Assembly: GCA_039192515.1 (NCBI GenBank)
Contig: JBCCXA010000009.1
Coordinates: 925 to 64,924 of the forward strand
From: Verrucomicrobiota bacterium
GTDB taxonomy: Bacteria > Verrucomicrobiota > Verrucomicrobiia > Methylacidiphilales > JBCCWR01
Direction of reading: 5' to 3'
DNA length: 64,000 nt
Position 1 is the stretch's first letter, and each line of letters starts with the position of its first letter. Below the pieces are notes generated by a model. The model saw only the letters and a program-made list of their open reading frames with translations. It did not search any database and was not told the DNA's origin. Shown here piece by piece: positions 58,101-64,000 of this stretch. A program made the translations under genes and the position numbers.

Positions 58101-61100
58101 TCTGATCCCATGGAAGTGGAGTTGGAGGGACTCTCTAAGCTCCAACTAGATATGGATCTTGTGCTAGTAGAGAACGGAGAAGTTATAGAACCAAAGGCTA
58201 TCCTGAATCAACCAAATTCAGGTGAGTTTTTTGAAACGAAATTTTTTGTAACTGGAGATTCGTACACAGGAGACCTTCCTGCCGGAGCTAACCGACTTAG
58301 ACTTGGTTACAGCTGGTTTGATGAGACAGGACGTGAAGTTCTAGCCCCTGACACAGGAACAGCCCCTGTTGGTGCAACTGTTGCGACGACAGGCGAGCTC
58401 GCAGCTACTTATGATGATGCAACAGATAGACTTACTTCTACGAGTGTCGGAGCCCTTGTCGTAGATGGAATCACGCTTACAGAACAAGGAAGCGACGGAG
58501 CACCTGGTGATTATGTCCTTGTAAAGGACCAAAGTGATCCTACGCAAAATGGTCTTTATGAAGTGATCGAATCTGGTGATGGCGCAACCGCTTGGATACT
58601 AGAACGCACTGATAGTGATTTGTCCTGGCTCAAGGTCAGTGTGAATTCAGGGTCTATCTTTGGGGACCGCATCTTCATGGTGAAAGATATTTCTAATGTT
58701 GATGTTGTTGCTGCTGCCACGACCTCTGTAGGAAATTCTTACAATCTTCAGTCATATCCTTTCCTCAATTATATTGATGCAGGTTCTAGCTTAACCATTG
58801 ATGGAGTGACCCCTGAGCATGGGGACTTTGTTTTACTTACAGGACAGCAATTGGGATCAACGGGTGCTCCTAATGGAGTTTATCAGGTTCAGATCAATTC
58901 AGGTACTTATGAGCTGTATCTTATGGACATTGGCCAAGGGACTATTGGGCAAGCGGATGTCACGGGTGGCTCTCTTGCCGGGAATTCTTATTTTGTCGAT
59001 TTCAATAATATTACAAACAACATTCAGCAGCGCGGTGTTGCAGAATTGACACCTTACAACGTTGTAGAGCTTCGCTCAGCTGCTGTAGCCGTGAGCGAAG
59101 GTGGAGAGGTGGCTTTACCAGATGTGAATGGCACACCGCAAATTTATGATACTGACGAAACGACTCTGGATGAAAATGATATTCCTGCAGCAGACTTTAC
59201 AGTTGAAGTTTCTACAACTGAGGAAGTCGCTGGTACATTTAGCGGCGGCACCATCACTTTGAATGTATTGTCCGCCCCAGTAATAGATGGTGTGACTTTA
59301 GCTGCAGGTGATTTGGTCATGGTGAATCATCAAGGGGATGGCTCTCAGAACGGTATTTACCAATTAACTGAATCCAGCGGAATTTGGACTTTAACTCGTG
59401 TGAGTACTTATGATGATTTATCAGATACCCTTAATGTAAAGGTCACGGTTGCTAGTGGGACGACATATGGCGGTTTCGAATTTAAAATGGCGGAGACAAT
59501 CTCTGAATTTAATGCCTCAATTGTTCGTTTTTCTAAGTTGATAAAGCCTGCTTCCTTTATCATCAACTTATCTGATTTTAATGGGACGAAAGATAAACAG
59601 CTCCCTTATCATGCGGTAGCCGCTTCTACATCAGATCTTTTGGTGAGTGCCGATGGCAGTTCGACTGCTTCTTTTGATTTATCAACGGGAACCATAACAG
59701 CAGACCAAAATGGCTCACTCAATCGCTACGTCACTCAAGTTTGGGACGAACAGACGGGGCAAGTGATTAATATTATCGGTATTGATGGGGTGACTAATTT
59801 ACGAGTGGGAGATCGAGTTTTGTTGAAGGATATTGGTCGAACCGAGCTCAATCCCTCAGGAGCTAGTTATGGTTCCTACACCGGTGATTATCGAAATGGT
59901 ATTTACGAGGTGGTATCTTTGGGAGGCAGCACCTCCCAATGGGAGTTAAAGCGCGTTGATTTTGCCGACGAGGCCTCTGAATTTGACCAGTTGAAGATTG
60001 GGGTTCAGCGTGGTAGCTACAATTTAGATACGCGTTATATTCAAACACTTTTTAATCCTCTCAGCTTAGGTGCAGGAACGAATATTGGATTCACGGATGA
60101 TATTGCTTTTGTTTATGGGAACTACGATAGTAACGGCAACTTAGTTGGTAGTTGGGTTGATTTTTCTGCTGACGGAAATGCGGCCGCCGCACTTCCCTTG
60201 AGTGTTGTCATGGTTCCATCTGGTGGCGGAGAGACGGTGATTACCAAAAACCTGGCTAGCCTAACTGATGATGAAAAAGAGGCACTAGGTCAACTTGGTG
60301 AAGCTATTCTGGAAGATGATCTTTATCTTGCGGCACCAGATCTAGATGCGTTGAAAATCTTTGTTGCAGATGATACCGATGCGTCTGACGATGGATTTGC
60401 TGGTTCTGGCCTGGAGAAATTTTTCGATACTTCAGATATAGCGGTGACTTTTGATCCACTACCGGATTTATTTCGCACGGTACCTCCCTCGGACGTACTT
60501 TCATTAGTTCGAGATTGGGTTTTTATGGGGGATGCATTAGATCTCGCCTTGTTTAATCTTCAATTTGCCATGGATCAGGCGCTAGGTATTGAGGTGCCTT
60601 TGCTCGGAACCAGTCTGCCTAGTTATACCGGCTTTATCGAGGAGTTTCGAGACGATTTAACAACCCGAGTACGTGAGAATTTGCGCCTAGACACTTTAAA
60701 GCCTGCCAATGCTATCCGCGATGCTCTCTACGCCGCACTTGGACCTAATGGTCTGGGGTATCTCACAGATATCACCGATATTGTGGTAATGGCAGGCGAT
60801 ACGGTTTGGGATATTGATAATACTTCGGATACGACTTTTTATGGGACAACGGCTGAAGGGCTCTTGTTTGAGAAGGTGAGTCAGAGTTCACTAGAGTTTT
60901 CCTTTAGCATTAGTAAGTCTTTGGATACTGATGCAACAGCAGTGGCGATTGACTCCATAGAAAGTGGAGATCAAAGTATCGGGCTGTCTATATCCAATAG
61001 CACGGTTTCTCAAAACAGTGACGGGGTGGTGACATCGACTACGGGCGGTGTTCAGCTCAAACGTTCGTTTGAGCTTAATTTTGGTTTCGGTATGGATATC

Positions 61101-64000
61101 TTAGACGGATTCTATATTTTTAATCCAACTCAGACTGACTCTTTAAGTCCTCCAACTAGCGATCTAATAGAAATTGGAATAGAAGCTCAACTAGATGGAG
61201 ATATCAACACCCCTGGGATTCAAGCTTTTGTTCAAAGCGATAGCATTAGTCAGTTGAATCAGTTATCTATGTCTGTGGCAGATGGACGAATTGATTACAG
61301 CACGGATGGTCGTGCTTCAGGATTTTTTGGAACCTACGAGTTTAATTTAAATGTAGATGATACTCAACTTGCCACTGGATCCCATAGCAGAGTTGGGCGC
61401 AATAGTGTCGGAGTGACGACCGATCAACTCCGCAATAACGAAGTGCTCGGGCCTGAATCTGAAGCAGATACCTTGTTGAATTTTGAAATTAATGCGGATG
61501 CCGACATTCATTTATTAGCAGAGACAGCACGTGACTCTTTGATTCCTTCCTATCAAATGGATATCATCATGGCCAAGCGCTATGGAACGGGTTACGCGCC
61601 TTTGGTGTTTGATAATAAGTTAGCAGGCTTGGGAACCAGCGCTGAGGCTCAAGCTTTGGGAGATAAGATTATCGATGCTGCTAATGGAGTCACCGTGGAA
61701 GGAGATGCTGACTACCCTACAGATGCAGATTTCCAATCCTCTTCACCAGATTGGAGAGTCAATAGAGATACTCTTACGGATAATGCTCAGGAGGGGCAAA
61801 CATTCCTTGCTTTCCAGAACATTACTATTGATATCAGAGATTATCTCAGTGGACCTATCTATACGTTGCTTCAGTACTATGATGAGGGGACCGAAGAAAT
61901 TCGCCCTTATATTGAGTTTCTAACAAGTCCTGTTCCCGGAACAGAGTGGATGGCCGAGCCTTTCACAGTTGGAGATTTCTTGGGTCCTGAATTCCAAATA
62001 TTTCTATCAGTTATTAGTACGCTAGACAGCTTGCTAGGACCAGTCGTCCAATATGCTCAGGTTAATGAAAGTGGCTCGAGTCGATCTCGAGTAGGCATAG
62101 GAGGAACCTCTGATGGAATTTCCTTGGGTGTTGAAAAGGCATTTGAAAATAATGCTTCTTCATCCGGGAACAAAGAACGCTTTGATCGATATGATGAAGC
62201 ATCAGATCAACGTGCTTACGACGAGCAAACACGAGGGTTGTTAGATGAACTTCCTGCAGGTGAAAGTGAAAGCTCATCTGACAATCGCAGTGCTCTCAGT
62301 AAGTTTGGAGATACATTAAATGAGAAGCTGACAACACCCAATAAGTTTAGCGAGAAATTTGAGCAAGTCAGAGATGGAGATGTTGGTTGGTTAAAAAATA
62401 ATGACAATCCGACGGGCGTAAAAGACAAACTTTTAAATGATGTTAAATCACAAACTCGTGATTCCCTGGAGTCTGATGACCAAGGCACCTCGAAACAGAT
62501 TGAGGCGGGTATTTCCGGTGGAGGCTTCCAGCTCGAAGCGCTTTCCGTTAATACCGCACTGACTTTATTTAATGGGGGAACAGCTGATTTATTGCGCATA
62601 GAAGTTCCTCAGGTCTCCGTATCCTTTACCATATCCAGATATTTTCCGCTGCCTGCGTTTCCACCTCTGGGAGTCACTCTTGGCTTTACCATAGAAATTT
62701 TTGTTCAATTGAGTTTTGGATTTGATGATAGAGGATTCTACTGGACAGATCGTGATACTTCAGGATTAACGCTTGAGGAGAGCGAGCGCATTCCAACTTT
62801 TGGTTTTGCAGGAACATTTTCAGTGGGTGTTGCCCTGAATTTAGGATTGATTGAAGCGGGCATAGAAGCCTTCTTTGAAGTTGGAGTAGAGTTTTATTGG
62901 AATACACCAGAGAACAGCAGTAAGTTGAGGCAAGAGGAGATTAACTGGTTGTTTGACAACGGGAGGTCTCTCTTTGATATCCGAGTCTATGGTAAAGTAG
63001 GGGTGGAAATCTATGTCGACCTAACGATTCCCATTCCATTTGTCGGCCCGATTACAAAGCGTATTTTCTCACAAACCTTCGAAGTTTTTCTTTTCGATGA
63101 GTTCATTGACTTTGATAGTGGCGTGATTCAGCTTGCTCAGCAATCAGGTGATACGTTGCGCCTCAATATGGGGACTTATGCGAGTGATCGTATCTTTATT
63201 GATGTAGATGATATCAGTGAAGTTTACAGAATCTACAGTATTGATACAGATGGCTCTGCCAATGGTGAAGATATTATTGTGGCCTACTATGGAGCGGATC
63301 GAACCTATTACAGTAAGTATACAGGTATTAAACACATCTATGGCTATGCCGGAGACGGACAAACGATTATAGATGCTGGAGGTTCTCTGTCCGGTGTGGA
63401 TATTGACTTTGAAGAGGGTGGAAGTTTTTCTGGTGACCTTTCGGCTCTGAAATATGCCAGTGTGAATTTCTTTGGCGGTGACGGTTCTACCTTTTTACGC
63501 ACAGCAGGAACTTCTCAATGGGGACGTTCTCGTTTAGACGCAAAAGAAAGCTCAGGAACTCTGGATGCTACCCAAGCTACACGAGGCACTGTCCTAATAG
63601 CTGGTCAAGGCAATACCGTTATTCAAGGTAGCCAGTATGATGATGACATTGTTTCTAATATAGGTTCGGATATTCTGAGAGGTAATGGAGGCGGAGATAC
63701 TTTTCATTTCTTAACAGAATTCGGTCGCGACAGAATTTATGTGAGTGGAGACAATAATACGGTTTCCTTTGATGATGGTTCTTTAAGCGGTTTTGCAGTA
63801 GGCGGTGACTATGTCTTACCGACTCATACAGTTGGAGCTAAATTTCAGTTTGGGCCATTAGTCCAGAGTGTTAAATTGGACACACACACCGCATTTTTTG
63901 CGGTTGATCCGAGTGGTGTTGATCGCATTGATACTTGGGTAGGAACTGCGGGTGATGATATTTGGAATGTTTTTTACTTTGCTCCAGGTACTAAGAATGA
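52140..64000 (+). CDS. Giant (>3950 aa) extracellular repeat protein with LEPRxLL leader, 3'-truncated by the window edge
   Basis: ATG 52140 has RBS AAGAGG. N-terminus MAKTKTKNRNRWKQPRKHKKIPRHLQYDLQTLEPRLLFSA. The ORF track has no ORF in this frame, consistent with no stop before the window end. Frame checked at 52233, 58380 and 63663 (GSDILRGNGGGDTF, RTX-like). Confidence 0.88.
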   Translation, partial: MAKTKTKNRNRWKQPRKHKKIPRHLQYDLQTLEPRLLFSAALYDPGDGGGSGDSDVATNIETQLTDTFTFLGKYADEIGTEEAADSSAVPFFQSSVEDLLGFEIEDFLKGGSGSDAYSQVVDDYFDNASPDSTGLAADLQSAVQNTFGVGSVTDTGSDNDNLILNFSIDLNEVTKDLKFGTEAQEFFLEYGAGAQVKFNADAITFSIKADLSGVDNVATDETDNSSNDSLYSVEFGGSDKDTLSIMGSSSHTNSLDPLTGFGVGFGLIDARDDVMDSGGYVANTGGTFSFNLQLDFILESSLSADSKLSLDELRAIDTASSYESIYRVDTPTGAGVNEGELFLPIQVANPAGDEFISGIDGITGDFTFTDNDLFDSRSPLVQASDQTLASFSRMTADDLLQFVKNATYLFGQSSDLTEMQNFLPLLDLNLGQAYDFLEASEKALVDPLVIIENVLRIKDAPSTSGDPLDYTGNSSFQIYVFYQGVLEGGALQIITLNANSSRASLQDVADDLNIALAAAAAGTQRVFARVTETASPRLELYGVDADTTFFISSVNPSGETLDLGIDPYGLVFARNNGTISSNQNEKYQLQEVKVESSTAIEVSHFTTLKTFTVAIGSDSATTITLPPSVYGSMADFVFALQSALAEAGVYDASTGEGIEVDEATSGDSQGFGVTFSISGSRSGETLTLGGSDVGIFQLSATSGASSYTSATPVELSPFESGLSLTISFSSQQAGLLATTTETISIPAGKYASVDDVIFAIREALQSNGLYDAFTNTGILIEKIPVGGGEGIRFYTSAEVYELTISTSSNSLIGLSSTSESATAAYIDIDVKQDGNASATTTRVYINGNTTTDLLGNSTNTSVSDFVSDVQSALTRAGLRDSLSGTGVDIRSFDQNGSSTDYLEFFALNPGAGSGFIQEISTGASASFGMDDYNLDGLAAQVMALSAEDQKPRFSNVQEFVALLNQSTGLPQVSVDLNGSADGVEISRWSANTTSVEVTGGTGKGFLNLDADLVDNANTEITSSSAVDLSNFTVDTTLFVSVNGAAAVTATIKGDTYNSMADLVDAISIALREAGLADGLLSSPAVYNGGDIVNGVSPYFTFPIHLYVDEYFGDEGLADLTDVDMRFESSYGETATGQISNLSAEKQVTVSRSSEISFDLGLNLIQPKTSSEELVVELPVIIQDWDGQLDSYDALFKVILDDGVVHDVLVLASDTALNTSTEDFVANINAALSAVDIGGGVMLSSLVVASLDMVNDFERDVIRFTTVAGSSRSLAVEVPEYISEDTTYNNDAAVKLGFTTNVSTGNLDDFDVLAGATQIDASGVLPNNPDYDVYYRVKLEDSVTGATDAFVFSTKATDTSGNTNLAQLIVDINNAHSSVDFEAFDNGGNLGFQILGVNYDIIRVDVAKNQYLATETDPIIADNPVDVSDFVLATDAFFEFILPDGTSQILTIEVEDTTDNASLDDLVNDLNQAIQATSALMDNGVYQKIIAFIEGVGGNNHLAFRLDTTNVYPSGGDWRMTVIAQYNESVTNAASFELAMAEETYRDTRYALIGPIIGSLADADSILVNDFLLDISINGSDYETVTVLASDTSANTSIGDLIADINTSLANTSITVAGNSYTVSQFIDAIALSGGDVVQLAVRDDAPVPLLNVRFDPTTDSNNGYIDLGFSSEESQIGIRGSDATLDNIFLTGRAEVRDADVSGKGSLGFADFSFDHTDFDAITETTLGLTGNMTSMLDLMRYLGSYEAEYSAVEIDHSLTIEDDTFARVEFQDLAFLEDSVTENTLTGLTFDPTSTIVLAYQPNGNGASSSIGVGGSDLFKLPEADLSFNNTNDIELISRLTFDDIALSLWHVGDFISDWMNNDPNGPFAANLFFAKTGIVDVQDFGEEFSAIMAQLWANPPENLQEVQRALESGLNLDAGDVTVELVTSGSGSTFNASLRVAFDFITTFASTLPLYIDLAMLSDRSSNSGLVKQSLLGLSSLSSSLSDPMEVELEGLSKLQLDMDLVLVENGEVIEPKAILNQPNSGEFFETKFFVTGDSYTGDLPAGANRLRLGYSWFDETGREVLAPDTGTAPVGATVATTGELAATYDDATDRLTSTSVGALVVDGITLTEQGSDGAPGDYVLVKDQSDPTQNGLYEVIESGDGATAWILERTDSDLSWLKVSVNSGSIFGDRIFMVKDISNVDVVAAATTSVGNSYNLQSYPFLNYIDAGSSLTIDGVTPEHGDFVLLTGQQLGSTGAPNGVYQVQINSGTYELYLMDIGQGTIGQADVTGGSLAGNSYFVDFNNITNNIQQRGVAELTPYNVVELRSAAVAVSEGGEVALPDVNGTPQIYDTDETTLDENDIPAADFTVEVSTTEEVAGTFSGGTITLNVLSAPVIDGVTLAAGDLVMVNHQGDGSQNGIYQLTESSGIWTLTRVSTYDDLSDTLNVKVTVASGTTYGGFEFKMAETISEFNASIVRFSKLIKPASFIINLSDFNGTKDKQLPYHAVAASTSDLLVSADGSSTASFDLSTGTITADQNGSLNRYVTQVWDEQTGQVINIIGIDGVTNLRVGDRVLLKDIGRTELNPSGASYGSYTGDYRNGIYEVVSLGGSTSQWELKRVDFADEASEFDQLKIGVQRGSYNLDTRYIQTLFNPLSLGAGTNIGFTDDIAFVYGNYDSNGNLVGSWVDFSADGNAAAALPLSVVMVPSGGGETVITKNLASLTDDEKEALGQLGEAILEDDLYLAAPDLDALKIFVADDTDASDDGFAGSGLEKFFDTSDIAVTFDPLPDLFRTVPPSDVLSLVRDWVFMGDALDLALFNLQFAMDQALGIEVPLLGTSLPSYTGFIEEFRDDLTTRVRENLRLDTLKPANAIRDALYAALGPNGLGYLTDITDIVVMAGDTVWDIDNTSDTTFYGTTAEGLLFEKVSQSSLEFSFSISKSLDTDATAVAIDSIESGDQSIGLSISNSTVSQNSDGVVTSTTGGVQLKRSFELNFGFGMDILDGFYIFNPTQTDSLSPPTSDLIEIGIEAQLDGDINTPGIQAFVQSDSISQLNQLSMSVADGRIDYSTDGRASGFFGTYEFNLNVDDTQLATGSHSRVGRNSVGVTTDQLRNNEVLGPESEADTLLNFEINADADIHLLAETARDSLIPSYQMDIIMAKRYGTGYAPLVFDNKLAGLGTSAEAQALGDKIIDAANGVTVEGDADYPTDADFQSSSPDWRVNRDTLTDNAQEGQTFLAFQNITIDIRDYLSGPIYTLLQYYDEGTEEIRPYIEFLTSPVPGTEWMAEPFTVGDFLGPEFQIFLSVISTLDSLLGPVVQYAQVNESGSSRSRVGIGGTSDGISLGVEKAFENNASSSGNKERFDRYDEASDQRAYDEQTRGLLDELPAGESESSSDNRSALSKFGDTLNEKLTTPNKFSEKFEQVRDGDVGWLKNNDNPTGVKDKLLNDVKSQTRDSLESDDQGTSKQIEAGISGGGFQLEALSVNTALTLFNGGTADLLRIEVPQVSVSFTISRYFPLPAFPPLGVTLGFTIEIFVQLSFGFDDRGFYWTDRDTSGLTLEESERIPTFGFAGTFSVGVALNLGLIEAGIEAFFEVGVEFYWNTPENSSKLRQEEINWLFDNGRSLFDIRVYGKVGVEIYVDLTIPIPFVGPITKRIFSQTFEVFLFDEFIDFDSGVIQLAQQSGDTLRLNMGTYASDRIFIDVDDISEVYRIYSIDTDGSANGEDIIVAYYGADRTYYSKYTGIKHIYGYAGDGQTIIDAGGSLSGVDIDFEEGGSFSGDLSALKYASVNFFGGDGSTFLRTAGTSQWGRSRLDAKESSGTLDATQATRGTVLIAGQGNTVIQGSQYDDDIVSNIGSDILRGNGGGDTFHFLTEFGRDRIYVSGDNNTVSFDDGSLSGFAVGGDYVLPTHTVGAKFQFGPLVQSVKLDTHTAFFAVDPSGVDRIDTWVGTAGDDIWNVFYFAPGTKN
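53640..56970 (+). repeat. About 10 divergent protein-level repeats with a helical 'S..DLV.DIN.AL' motif in the giant protein
   Basis: Examples: SRASLQDVADDLNIAL, YGSMADFVFALQSAL, NTSVSDFVSDVQSAL, YNSMADLVDAISIAL, NTNLAQLIVDINNA, NASLDDLVNDLNQAI and NTSIGDLIADINTSL, spaced about 100-160 aa apart. Confidence 0.7.
58370..59970 (+). repeat. Four protein-level repeats 'A.T...IDGVT..GD.VL....Q....NG.Y.V....W.L.R' in the giant protein
   Basis: Copies near 58370, 58700, 59200 and 59610, for example VDGITL..GDYVLVKDQSDPTQNGLYEV..WILER and IDGVTLAAGDLVMVNHQGDGSQNGIYQL..WTLTR. Confidence 0.8.

Noticed and set aside
52112-63362. Many short ORFs (60-127 aa) on both strands in the last 12 kb
   Set aside because: They are shadow ORFs of the single giant plus-strand reading frame starting at 52140.
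1-64000. CRISPR arrays, rRNA, tRNA
   Set aside because: No regularly spaced nucleotide repeats or recognisable RNA genes were seen by eye; tRNAscan/Infernal would be needed to exclude small RNAs.

Overview
AT-rich bacterial DNA, probably Verrucomicrobiota/PVC (inferred from the PEP-CTERM proteins and a LEPRxLL giant protein). It has four blocks. (1) 1.9-25.9 kb: a divergently transcribed lipopeptide NRPS/PKS cluster. It encodes FAAL-ACP, one KS-DH-cMT-ER-KR-ACP PKS module with no AT, three NRPS proteins (predicted X; Gly and D-Asn; Ser), an embedded stand-alone B3/4 editing protein and a stand-alone thioesterase. (2) 26.0-33.2 kb: TonB and a TonB-dependent receptor flanked by three clearly paralogous surface proteins plus a weaker fourth, with four related 19-bp Fur-like boxes. 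(3) 33.3-41.2 kb: a decayed IS982 and parDE patch plus small accessory genes. (4) 41.2-64 kb: an export-like operon (GAF-HlyD, M50 protease-HlyD, truncated SecA-like ATPase, TolC, GT2 glycosyltransferase) with no ABC transporter. Divergent from it is a >3950-aa LEPRxLL-leader protein that the ORF track missed because it runs off the window end. The strongest candidate for an undescribed system is block 4. All family assignments come from motif recognition by eye; no searches were run.
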